A stretch of 62,706 bases of DNA, counting the filler, from Choristocarpus tenellus KU-1152 (lineage: Eukaryota > Protista > Phaeophyceae): NCBI GenBank assembly GCA_964200185.2. It is 11 parts of 11 records of this genome, joined end to end, with 100 filler letters (N's around TTAATTAATTAA, not from the genome) between each part and the next. Parts side by side here need not be neighbours in the genome. Positions count along the whole stretch, not along the records: positions 1 to 3,722 come from CAXNAD020018302.1; positions 3,823 to 7,589 come from CAXNAD020018048.1; positions 7,690 to 10,735 come from CAXNAD020022718.1; positions 10,836 to 26,019 come from CAXNAD020001038.1; 7 more parts are not named here. One strand, written 5' to 3'. Made by a program: the position numbers and the translations under genes. The stretch's first letter is position 1. Every line of letters starts with the position of its first letter. Positions 1 through 12,355 of the stretch are shown here, piece after piece. A model generated the notes under the pieces. The model worked only from the letters and a program-made list of their open reading frames with translations, ran no database searches and was not told the origin of the DNA.

Positions 1-92
1 CCCCCCTTAAAAACAGTCTTCTCATTGGGTCAGAATTGCTCAAGAACCCCCCCCCTCAAAAACAGTCTTCTCATTGGGTCAGAATTACTCAA
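1..92. repeat. Two-copy ~50-bp tandem duplication
   Basis: CCCC(C/T)(T/C)AAAAACAGTCTTCTCATTGGGTCAGAATT(G/A)CTCAAG occurs twice back to back. Confidence 0.8.
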
Positions 93-574
93 GGCACAAA
101 AAAAAGAAGGATACAGATAAAGTTGTTTTCGCCTTTCATTCTTCGAAATCCGCGATCTTGTCCGGCTGGGTTTATGAACTCGCCAAAACGATAGTTTGGT
201 CAACCTTCTGGAATGACTCAAGGAGTGGAGGCGGGGTGGTATACTCATGATAGTGTATTTGCAAGAAACTATGAAACCGTACTCAGGACTCTTGGTGCGA
301 TAAGTCTCTTCCTTTACGTTCGCAGTGACTTCCTACCCGGTCCAAAGCATGGAGAGTATCGTTGCGGCGGACACAATTTGTAAGAGTCTCTCACGGCACA
401 TGTTGAAGACTGCTGAGGATCTGACTTCATTAACTTAAATCAATCCTTTTTCGGACTTCCATCTCAAATCCATACGCAACCATCACCAGCCCCCACACCT
501 AAGTACACTCCGTGTTATCCACATTATCGATACAGACAGAGAGATGGACAAACAAACATAACAGGGACACTCAC

Positions 575-2750
575 CTCTGGCATTACGGACCTCTTCCAAG
601 AGGGTGACCACCTGCTCCTCCATGCTTTGCCTTCCACCCTTCAATCACCCCCCCCCACCACCACAGGCCCACCCCCCATCCACAGCAAAAATGAGAGGCA
701 AGATGATGAGTGAAGTACTGATTCAAGGCTCCATATGAAAATTGTTGGTGTACTTCAGTTCTGGGCTTGATGTGTATCCGCAGTGGTGTGTGGGTGTATG
801 TGCTTGGGTGGAGAGCATAATTCTATGTATGTACAAACCCCTTCAGAATCACCTCGGTCATAGACTCAAGAGTTGAAGCGGCACTCTTGCAGGAATCAGC
901 AAGCGCTGTAAATACAGCTTCAGCCTCGTGGCAACCCCTTCCACCCTCCACCAACTCCGCAATGAGCTTGGGTTGTGGCCTCACCGAGCTAGGGAACACT
1001 GGATCAGGAAACTGGCAAAGACAGGTGAGAGAAAAGGTTTGAAACCGCAAAGCAATTGGGTTTAGAAGAAGGAGGAACCTGCTTCTGTGTGTATGTGATG
1101 CTCTTTCCCATTTTCAAGCAGTTAATGAAAGATAGTAAAATAAAATAACAAACCAAAGGAGGGATAGATGGGGAACCAACCGCTCAGTGCCCATTTTAGT
1201 GCAAGATAAGGCATGGCAGCGTCTCTACGTCCTACTGCGATGCCCTAGAGTGAAAATGTAAGTCTGTGATTGAGCATTTCCTACCCACCTTATTGGGATC
1301 CATCTCTACACATGTTGTGCGCTTTGAGTTGGCAATGGTCTGCAACATGTGCTGCACCCACAAGAACCTATATTGGACGTTTGGAGTGAGATTGAGCTGA
1401 ATGTACTGAAACAAGGCAGGAAAGGGCTGGCAAAGCAACTCAACGCGGACAATAATCTTGCATCCAATCAGCACTGTACAGGAGATGTAAGCGACGGATA
1501 CATTTTACAGTTATATAGAGATTTTGTGCTGACTACAACTTCGAAAAAAAAAAATCCAAAATGAGATCATTGGATCGGTCCACAATTAGCAATACTCACA
1601 TTGCATAGCTCTATTTGACTGTAGATTAAGCGAAGTCGCTTAAATGCATCCAATGACAGTGTGTTAGCATGAAGGGGCAGATATTCCACCCAGAAAAGCG
1701 CGTATCGCATGTTCTCCGTACTCTGTTCTCACCTACTCTCGACTAGTGGGCTCACCTGCCAAACATGCCAGCTAATCCTACCACCATTCCATCCTGCTGG
1801 CAACTCCTGGCTGTTTTGGAATGGCCTGACATCGGCCCGAACCTGTTATTTGCCGTGGCAAAACAAGCGAGGCTCTCCTTTCTGAAGGTCTCTCTATGGA
1901 CAGCCACGATAGGACTGTCTTCTGGAGGCGGCAAGAGACCCTTGAAGCGCCTACGCTTGCTAGATATCCCGGCCGACGAATCATTCCAAGACCCTCTCTC
2001 GATGTCCCTCCCAGGGTCAACATCGTACACCGCTTCCGATACCAGCGATGCACCCCTTGTTTCTAACCAACCTTTGGCACCCAAGTGTCCAACAGAAGGC
2101 TCCCCAAGAACTGGTTCAGCGCTCTCATAATGCTGGACCTCTGAAGTCAATGCAGCTGCAGCTTTCCTTTTGTTAAGCCACGCCTTTGCCGCCAAATTCC
2201 CGTTACTAGACTCTTTACACATTCTAGTGCTCTCGCTATGGTCGACCTCTGAAATTACCCCCACTCCAGCTTTCCTTTTCTCGAGCCAGGCCTTCGCAGC
2301 CGAATTGCCGTTCCTGGATTCTCCAACACCCGATCCATCGCTACCATTAAGATTAACCTCTGAGGTAGCTGCCACTGCAGCCTTTCTTTTCTCAAGCCAG
2401 GCCTTTGCAGCCAAATTGCCACTGCTGGGGTCACGGATACCCGATCCACTCTCGTTAGACTGCACCTCTGCATTCACTGGCGATGTTCTTCTCGCCGCCA
2501 GCCATGCAGCAGCCTTGTTGTTTCCATTGGTTTGGATAGGGATTTTAGACCCCTCTTTTGCTTCGGGTGGATGGGTTGGGTCCAACCAGGTCGACTTTCC
2601 TGTGGTGGGTTGACACCAGTACTTACGGCCGTACCATGTCGAAGTCTTTTCCAACCAAGGATGAAACCATTTGGATTCACCTGTCGATGTGTTGTGAAGA
2701 AAGTATGCCCCAGCCCTGTTTGAAAAGAATTTCTCCCATCCTTTCTCCAT
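575..2750 (-). CDS. Tandem-WW-domain protein with five ~36-aa repeats, possibly PCIF1/CAPAM-like; 3' partial; exons 2750-1756, 1367-1289, 1011-853, ~638-575
   Basis: Two WW motifs (GWEKFFSNRAGAYFLHNTSTGESKWFHP; WLEKTSTWYGRKYWCQPTTGKSTWLDP). GT/AG-bounded, phase-compatible exons give ...LLPPPEDSPIVAVHR...GMFGR/FLWVQHML...DPNK/FPDPVFPSS..., which recalls PCIF1 'LPPHPEVELLR...FNRWML...DPLLPS'. The PCIF1 assignment is inference; exon 4 has a weak acceptor. Confidence 0.7.
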
Positions 2751-3053
2751 AAGCTCTCACTAAACCACCCTACTCTAGGCTCAATGAACTTCAATTTTGG
2801 ATGTTGTAGAAAAGCGGGAGTTCAAGGTATGGTGAGGCTTGGCCCTTGAAGTTGAGAGTTTTTACACCAATCAGAACATGTAGTGTTCTAGAAGAATTCG
2901 AAATAAAAAAAAGGACTATCATTTCTATTACCCACCCCCAACACACACACATCAACAAGTCCTCATCGACCTCCACAGAAACAACTCAACCGTACAAATT
3001 ACAAGAAGGCCAGAAGTCCCCCTAACCACACAAGAAAAACTACACCGTCTAAC
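2751..3053. promoter_or_regulatory. Compact bidirectional promoter/5'UTR region between the WW gene and ubiquitin
   Basis: Divergent ATGs at 2750 (-) and 3054 (+), about 300 bp apart on one contig. Confidence 0.55.
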
Positions 3054-3722
<669 letters not shown>

Positions 3723-3822
3723 NNNNNNNNNNNNNNNNNNNNNNNNNNNNNNNNNNNNNNNNNNNNTTAATTAATTAANNNNNNNNNNNNNNNNNNNNNN
3801 NNNNNNNNNNNNNNNNNNNNNN
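3723..3822. other. Artificial contig linker N44-TTAATTAATTAA-N44 (same linker at 7590-7689, 10736-10835, 26020-26119, 28751-28850, 33102-33201, 36518-36617, 39547-39646, 45958-46057, 57039-57138)
   Basis: Ten identical 100-nt spacers with stop codons in all six frames; genes are cut at these points. Confidence 0.98.
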
Positions 3823-4676
3823 CCCCCCCCCCAAACAAAAACACAAACACAAACATGTACACATTTTTGTTGGTTTCTGTGGATGAGGGGTTTCCTACGT
3901 AGTTACAAACCAGGTGCATCATTTTTTATTTTATTTTTTAGCAAGCAGTAATCGGTAGAGAGAGAGAGAGGCCTGAAAAATGTTTGTGTCAAGGTGCAAA
4001 ATCTCAAAACTTTTTTTTTTAATTTAAACTTGTTTTGGTGCCCGTTCGAACACTGCCCTAACCCTAACCCTTGAAAAACAACAGCTAGTATTGTCATTAA
4101 CATTAGCAGTAGTGAACCAATAGCAAGGAGGGAGATCTTGGACCTCAATATCTCATTCTATATCGTAGGGCATGTTATCCTTCCATTTTCTTGATGTCTT
4201 GTTAGTTATCCTTCCAATCTAGGCGTGGCTGCTATTTGGCAAGGACCAATTCGTGTGTATGTATATATTATACCTTTAGATTATTATACCTTATCCTTAG
4301 CCCCCCCCCCCCCCCCCCCTCCCCCAAACACACACTGGAAAAAGAAAATGGCACATCCTTTTCTTCTCTCCATGTGTTTGAATCGGCATTTGTAAAAAGG
4401 TAATTAAATCTTATTATTATTATTATTAAATCAATAAATTTGATGAAAAAAATAAAAATTATATATATATATATCTTTTTTGTGGCCGGCCATGCTTTAA
4501 CCTCATTCCCTCAACTCAAACAAAAGTGGGTATATGTATTTATTATTTATTTATTATTTATTTTATTGTGTGGTATATCATATACTGTGTAGGTGTATTG
4601 TGTTGCAAGTATTGTGTGTGTGTGTATGTGTATGTGTTTTTTTTTTATCTTTTTTTTTGTATGCTGTTTGTTGTAG

Positions 4677-7384
4677 GTGCTCTTCTTTGGGTACGATACT
4701 CTGGACAACCTTCTAGCCAACACAGGACAGTACCCACTGCCGTTGCTCTTCACCCTGTGTGTGCTAAAGGTGGGTGGGTGTTGGGGGGTTGCACTGCAGA
4801 GGTTTCTTCTGTTTTTGGTAGACGTTTTGATATTGCCAAGATAGGGTATACACCAACGTATCTACTCTATATCAAATAGGAGTATCCCTGCGTGTAGTTG
4901 GTTGGTATGTCTTGGGTTAGGGTTAGGGTTATTATTAGCCTGTTGTGTAGAAGGAGAGTATTATCATTATTATATTAGTGCATTGTGTAGAATAAGAGTA
5001 TTGTCATTATTATATTAGTGTGTTGTGTAGAAGGAGAGTATTATCATTATTATATTAGTATATTGTGTAGAATAAGAGTGGTTCAACAGAATGAAATTAA
5101 ATATATATATATATTATTGACACAGAGTTTGCTGTGTTTATTATTGTAAAGATATATACATGTGTGAGAATGTAGAATGCTGAACAAAAGAAACTTCCTC
5201 AGAATATTCATATTTTTTTTATGAAGCACATTTTTGTGTCTGTGTGTCTGTTTCCATCAAGTGCAGAATGATTTTATCGCTGTGCACCTCCTGATAAGGA
5301 TCGGTTGGAACAGTTTGGTGGCTGGAAAGACTAAGACTAACCTGCTTGACCCGATGCTGAATAGAGGGAGTATTTAAAGGTAGAAAACAACATAGAAACA
5401 ACATAAACATGCTCTGATGATACATCGGGTGTGGACTCCAGTGAGAGTTTGATGCACATTGTGGAGGCTTGTGTGTGTTTATATGTGTGTTTATGTGTGT
5501 GACCGAATGACCCCAGGTTGGCCTTGTCTTGATTGAATTGTTGATCTTCTACTTGCCATATGATGGGATGGGACGTCCATGCACACCTCGTTATGATACT
5601 AAACCCCCTCCTCCTCCCGCCCCTCCTGTACAACAGTCATTTATTGACAACAGTCGTATAGTATGGTGCTAGCTATCTAGTGCATTCATTTTTTTTTACT
5701 TTTTTTTTGCTTACCCTTTTCCCTTTCCCCCCCCCCCCCTTTTTTTATAACACACTTCTTAGTTGTACCCAATATATATAATATATATATAGTGGCACTC
5801 TTTCTTCACAGTTCTTTTTTTTTTACCTCCTGTAAGAAAATATATATATTACACTCTGGAGTGTAGATATTTGTAGATGTTATTGATGCGATTATTTGGG
5901 GTTATTTTTATTTTTTATATTTTTATATTTGGGGTCTGCCCAGAGTGTCTTTTTTGTATAGCCTCTCATTTGCAAGATGATCTCGGGTTTTTTTTTTTTT
6001 CATGTGCTAAAATTTTTATTAATAGTTTCACAGTGGATTTTGTTTTTGTGTGAGACATAGAGATTAGATTTTTTTAATGAGTACAAATAAATAATCAGAA
6101 GGGAAAGGACACGACATAGATTTATTTATCAAACTCCAAGTGTTATCTCACGTACTAGAAGATAACTATATATGGCGACACTGAATTCAATACAACGAGA
6201 CTCCTTTTTTTTTAATTCCAAGTTCCCCCCCCCCCCCTTGAAATTTTGAAGAAAGTTCGTGGATTGTGAGGGGCTCCGTGATGCGCGTGCGTACTCCGAA
6301 AAATAATTTGAAATATATTCTTCTGTCAAAATAAATTCTAGTGTTCTTTCTTTTTTTTGTCTCTTGATGCAAGTATGTCCTCAGACTAACAGCAACATGA
6401 GTGCTGTCGTTCTATATTATATTTTATTATATTATATTATACTGTATTATATTATACTATATTATATTATATAACATAGGTTGTGAATACCCTCGGTGAT
6501 ACTGTCATTGCGTGTTTTTTATGTAAGTACTGAAGGATATATATAGATATATATTATTTTATTTTTAATGAGATAAGCAATTTTGATTGGTCTCGTCAAT
6601 CGCAGGCATCCATTTCAAATATAAATAGTGAGTGAAAGGTCCTGATTTATTTTTATTTTTTTCACCTTCCTTTTTCTCAGAATTCCACTCTCATCGCCTC
6701 ATCATCTCACGTAAAGTAAGAAATAGAGTTGATGACTGATGACTCATCCTATTTATGTATTAAGGTAAGGCTCGCCCTAAATGATATGAAAGAACGATCT
6801 CTCTGCATGAGGGGGTGGCAAGGTTGCTTCTCTTTTTCTTTTTCTTTTTTTAGTGTTGTTCTAGTGCTGTATGTAGAACAATAGTAAGAACAAGAAGAAA
6901 TTGTGTCACCAATTTGGTCCTATGGCACCAAGATAAGACTCATAGCGTGTGGTTTTTTTTTAGTATAATATAGTCGTTTGCATTCTGACCTGGTTGCGGT
7001 GGCCACTATATTATTTATGTACTACAAAAAAAAAAAACAGGCACGAAAATCAAAATAATGTACATGTTTTTTTTTGTGTATAATATTGATACATACATAC
7101 ATATATATATGTATGTATTATGTGCGATACCAAGGAAGATAGTACCACTGTTGTATCGACCAAAACGAATTATTCATATTTTGTGTAGGTAGCAGGGTTA
7201 GGGTTAGGGGAGTTGGTGTGCATCTACTCTACGCGTTGTTTGATGCGACAACACTTTATGTTCCTATTGATTTCAGGCGTTTCTCACCGCTGCAGCGCTT
7301 GGGTCTGGGCTTGTGGGGGGCACTTTTGCCCCCTCTCTCTTCCTCGGGGCCACCGCTGGGGCAGCATATCAAAGGATTCTGCAG
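4677..7384 (+). CDS. CLC: CLC-family chloride channel/antiporter (prokaryote-like CLC-e/f type), two internal exons 4677-4769 and 7277-7384
   Basis: Phase-0 exons VLFFGYDTLDNLLANTGQYPLPLLFTLCVLK / AFLTAAALGSGLVGGTFAPSLFLGATAGAAYQRILQ. GSGLVGGxFAPSLFLGA is the CLC GxFxP signature. Missed by the ORF track. Confidence 0.88.
4941..5079. repeat. 40-bp minisatellite, ~3.5 copies, in the CLC intron
   Basis: TGTTGTGTAGAA(GG/TA)AGAGTATT(A/G)TCATTATTATATTAGT repeated, with alternating variants. Confidence 0.85.
6413..6472. repeat. (ATATT)n pentanucleotide microsatellite
   Basis: Direct reading. Confidence 0.8.
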
Positions 7385-10206
7385 GTTTGAAGCAGGATGG
7401 GGATGGGGGGGGGAAGGGGTTGAGAACAAACAGAAAGGAGGGAGGCATTTGACTGTGTGATAGTAAGATGCAAATAGAGGGGGGGGGGGAGGGGGGGGGT
7501 TGCCAAAGGGTCTCCATGTGTTTTTGTTTTTTTTATTGTTGAAGAGTTGTGTGCAGTGTGTGTGTGTGTGTGTGTTGAAAGAGTGGATTNNNNNNNNNNN
7601 NNNNNNNNNNNNNNNNNNNNNNNNNNNNNNNNNTTAATTAATTAANNNNNNNNNNNNNNNNNNNNNNNNNNNNNNNNNNNNNNNNNNNNATCCTCATAGT
7701 CCCGCTCCATCCTCAATTTTGCGAATCCCCTGTTATATACATAGTATGGATGTTTGGAGGATTCAGGTCGCCCCTGCTGTACAGATTCATCAAATAAATA
7801 CGCAAGCGCTGCAGACTCTAACTGTAGATTCCCGCTTTAATAAGCACAACCGGCACAAACATGGCGATGCATGACCCCCCCGCTATTCCATCAATTTAGT
7901 CCGGGTCCATTGTGCTCTGACATATATAGGGAATGGTTCTGTGTGGGTTGTTCATACATCAATACACAGCAACATGAACTGCATAGTTTTGTGAAACACC
8001 ATTACGCACAGTTAGTGCAACTTCAACAAACAGGTCAGAAGTTTCGTGGCATTGATTGGACGTAAACAGCTAAATATTGCAAGGCTTGAAATACGTGGAG
8101 GAATCATTAAGTAAATGTGTCCGTTGAAGTGCCCTCACTTCTGATTGATACCCTTCACTTTGCGTAAAAAGTGATCAATTATTCTCTCAACGTGCCACAA
8201 AAAATTCGGAGAAATGGGGATAGACTTTTTAATAGTAATGAGGTTTCCCCGAGTTGGGTTGACGTACACATAATGATGTTCTTTGGACAGTGTACTTGGC
8301 GAGCCATTCTTCAAGTTGAGAGTGAAATGGCCTTCATTCCAACACTAAATCTGCCCCCCAGAACCACTGATGGACATCGACCTATCACAGTGCCCACCCT
8401 CGTTGGGGGCCTGTTGCTGTATGCATGTACGACCTAGTTAAGCATTCCTGCGTGTTAGGGGCACAATCCTTGAACTAGCTGAAGCATCACACAAGAAGCT
8501 AGCATAGCAGTATATTATAATAGTACTTTACTACTGTAGGTGTTCAGTAGACTACCTCTAGAAAATACATAAACACGCTCTTCATTCTATTGTCATCTAG
8601 GACACAATTTTCACGAGGATTATGACATTGTTGCAAAGTTGTTGCGCTCGTGTCCAGAAGAAAGAAATGTCTACTCCGTAGATTTACAAGATGGCTTGAA
8701 GCACAGGTCTGTTGCCAGTAGTAGTGCATAATCATTGTCATGCTTTGCTCAATTCTCCTCAGGTGGAACTTGATACTCCAATGCTAATGACCCTGGAAGT
8801 TAACTGCACCATTTTTGTAATACTGATTTCATATGACATTCACTAAAACACTTGATGTCAGTATGTGTGGTGCCAATAATAGGTAATGTATGTATCACTT
8901 CTGGAAGTATTAAGGTTTGTCCCCAAATTGTCTCCAATATAGCAAGCTCGGGACCGCAATCAGAGTTCAAATTACGATACGATGTGTGGATGGTTATGCA
9001 TCAGAAACTATTGGTATGATATTCATCTTCAATAAATATGGATTGTTGTATGAAAGGAAAGCCAAACTAATTGAGAATTATGCAGGCTTGGGTCCTTTTG
9101 TATTCTAAGCCATCTTTGTGGTCAAAAGTGTACGCAAAATTTGTATTCCCCCCCTTCGACACACAAAGTGACACCAATTGCACAGTCTTTATGCAATTGC
9201 TGAGATCCTCAAAATGCAACCTTTTTACCTCTCAAATTCCTTGCAACACAATTAACACTCCATAATGCTTCAAAGCACTCCCATTGGTAGGTCCACCACA
9301 CCATACAAATGGAAACGGAAACCCTGGCAAACCACTCGCTTTCCAAGTATTGCGAATCGAAAGGACATAAAGTGTAAGTTAAAAACAACCAATCCAAAAT
9401 TACCAATCAATTTTCGGACTTGCCATTTCTAAACCTCTTCAATACTATTTTGCACATGTTGACTGAAACGTATGTGCAAACCTTGTATTCATGAGTAGAA
9501 AACAATATAGGGAGTGTGCATAATATGGTTGTATCTCAACACAAATTCTGGACCAACTCCTTCCAACGTGCTCAATTGCGTAGTATCACAAATTTGGCCT
9601 ATCTTCTTGAGGCACGTGAAAGGTGTACACAAAAAATGTCACTCTTCCCCTGCGTTACTGCAAATCCCCATCCCGGCTTTCAAAGTTCCAATGGTGGCAG
9701 GGAAGCACTGTTTATATATTGCACATTCAGGATGGCACATTTCAGGGATTGCACCAAACTCCACCTGCACAAATCATAGATAGCAGAAAAACTAACAGTA
9801 TTGCAGCACATTTCGTAGAGGAGTTAGTAGAGAAGTTAGTTGGGCTACTACTGCCTTCACCATGCCATCAAATCATGTTCATATTATCTTGACATTGCTC
9901 CACAAAAAATTAAAATAACTGATGTTTCAGACTAGTCATCGGAATTCCACCACAAAACCCACCACCACATCAAGATGCCCACGCCCAGCTCCAGCTGTCC
10001 TCTCAACAGTCAAACACAACAAGCGCACAGTCAAGACCCAAAGACATAAGGGCAGTGAAACCAATGATTCCCCACTATCAATCAGGGCAAGGAGTTCAGT
10101 CAGTCTTCCACCTCCATCAAAATGCCAACAGAGATAACATCAAAGAGGTGTAAGCAAGCCATGCTGTACCCATTGCTATCTAACAACCATTCACAAACAC
10201 CAACAC

Positions 10207-10284
10207 CTATATCTTTCCGTAGTCAAGCTTTCCCTCGAGCTTCTTGTTTTCTGCAATTTTTCTAACTGCCTTCATGAAGTCCTC
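10207..10284 (-). CDS. RPT4: 26S proteasome AAA-ATPase RPT4/PSMC6, terminal exon
   Basis: tatcag|GAG... gives EDFMKAVRKIAENKKLEGKLDYGKI*, matching the conserved RPT4 C-terminus (EDFMKAVRKVxxxKKLExKLDY). Confidence 0.88.
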   Translation of the reverse strand, partial: EDFMKAVRKIAENKKLEGKLDYGKI

Positions 10285-11049
10285 CTGATACAAGGGCAAA
10301 GGAGAGACAGGGTTAGGGATAGGAGACAAGTGAAAGGATCGTCTTGGTACCCTACTTCCAATGCAGAGACTTCTTCCCCACTCCAAAAACATCTTCATTC
10401 TGGTTCGAATCAGGCCACTTCCCACTTCCCACTTCCCACATGACAAGAATATCCGTACCAGTTGACACGACTGCCTCCAACAAGCCTCTCATAAGAGAGT
10501 CCAAACTTAATGGAAGTTAACTATTTAACTATTTGACACCGAGTTGAATCTAGAGGTTAATTATGACAACCTGGATGTACACAAGGAAAAGCATCAATGT
10601 GAGCTTGATTATCTTACAAGAACCACCACCAGCATGAAGGGGGGGGGGGGGGGGGGGGGGGAGGGGGGAGGGGGACAGGACGGACCGCACCCCCCCCCCC
10701 CCACAACCCCGCGCGCCTCCCCTTCTCGTAAAAAANNNNNNNNNNNNNNNNNNNNNNNNNNNNNNNNNNNNNNNNNNNNTTAATTAATTAANNNNNNNNN
10801 NNNNNNNNNNNNNNNNNNNNNNNNNNNNNNNNNNNAAATAGGAAGCACAAATAAATAATAAACAAGCAATGAGAAGACACCACACAAAGGTCACTCTTCC
10901 AATTTCAACCATGTAATCACGTTCAGCAAAGGGGGTCGTGTGAGGCTTCACACCTTCTTATCTTCACTACTAACAAATAGCATTACCTCCCAAGGTCATT
11001 TGCACAGACCGCACTTGCTCTGCGTTATGCATTGGCTCTTCCTCCAGGT

Positions 11050-12355
11050 CACGAGAGGCTCCTGAGGGGTGTGGGTTCTAAATTGGTGAAAGAGTTCGGC
11101 ATGGGAGAGAGATACCCTAGACGAGTGTGGGTGCACGTCAAAGAACAGGTAGACAGGGGGAATAATGTCTTCCTGAAATTACAAGCATGATGTGGACAGC
11201 CATCGGACTTTATGACAACAAAACAAGCAAAGATCTAGGAAATCAACCTCAGTGTTCACACACTCACTATTGACCAACTTTCCACCAAACTCACTGAAGT
11301 GGGCCTTACATTCAGCAGCTCAAAGTATCATCACTGGCTTGAAGCTATGGGAGCAACAAGGGTTCAGCGCCGCGTTACCCCTAGCCTTTCGTTTTCTCAC
11401 AAGAACAGGGTGGACTTCATCCTCAACCAGATCTCCTGCAACGACAAAATCTACAAATCTGACCTCAACACCAATTCACGTCGATGAGGCATGGTTCCAC
11501 CCTATCCGCAACAAGAGATGATGCACATGTTCCCGGGGGAGGAAAGGTGGGCTCGGTGAAGGTGCAGCACAAGAGTCACATTCCCAAATTGATGTTCATC
11601 TCCGTTGTTTCGCGCCCAGATCCTTCCCATGATTTCGATGGCAAGATTGGGATCTGGAGGGTTTTGCATCCCGAAGGAGGTGTAACGGAATGCAGCATGG
11701 CACAAAAAGGGCGAGGAGTGCAAGGTCAACGTCACTGTCAACGCCAAGTGATACCTGGAGCGGTACACAGACCAGCTGTTGCCAGTGATCAAGGGAAAAG
11801 TGCCGTCGCTGGAACCGGGGGGGGAGCCTCCATACAGCAGGATGGCGCAACACCACATATGGGCAAGGGCACATACAGATGCTCATGACACAGCCAGCAC
11901 AATCGCTGGACCTCCACATCAATTATTTGGGATTTTTTTCCATGTCTGAAAAGCAGGGTTTGGGGCAGAGTGTTACAGCACCATCGATGAACTTGTAGAG
12001 GGGGTTTCAAGTATGTTCCACGTGTACGACACAGACACGCTCGAGAGGGTATGGCAGAGTCTGTTTGAGAGGTACAACCAGGCGTTAATGGCGTTGGGGG
12101 GTATCGATTTCGAGGTAGAGCACACCAGGACCAAAAAAAGGTAGCAGGAGGGCGGTTTGGCTAGATCGGCCGAAGTAGACCGAGAGGCCTCCGTGGCCGC
12201 CCTGGATTGGTGGGTTTACCGTGTCGAATATAGGCGAGATAGATACTTTTCACCGTAATATATCCCAAGGAATCCAATGCAAAGGTCTGTTTTGTAATCG
12301 GAGGTCATCCCGAAGATCTACAACTTAACGGCCCAGACTTATGGGACAGAGGGAG
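11050..12355 (+). mobile_element. Degenerate Tc1/mariner DD39D-type (plant/oomycete-like) transposon with right TIR
   Basis: Frameshifted motifs HVDEAWF, HKSHIPKLMFISVVSRPD, FDGKIGIW, IQQDGATPH, QPAQSLDLHINYLGFF. 12338-12355 reverse-complements to CTCCCTCTGTCCCATAAG (Stowaway/Osmar-type TIR). Left end not found; start coordinate approximate. Confidence 0.85.

Noticed and set aside
3767-3778. Recurrent TTAATTAATTAA as a biological repeat or CRISPR-like array
   Set aside because: Always centred in exactly 44+44 N; an assembly spacer.
5517-5672. Possible terminal exon VGLVLIELLIFYLPYDG...WC* inside the CLC intron
   Set aside because: No CLC similarity; the exon at 7277 is the in-phase conserved continuation. 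An alternative exon cannot be excluded without RNA data.
7700-9800. Faint Gypsy/LINE-like peptide traces here and at ~14400-15000, ~23100-24100
   Set aside because: Only weak, frameshifted resemblance; needs a translated profile search to support.
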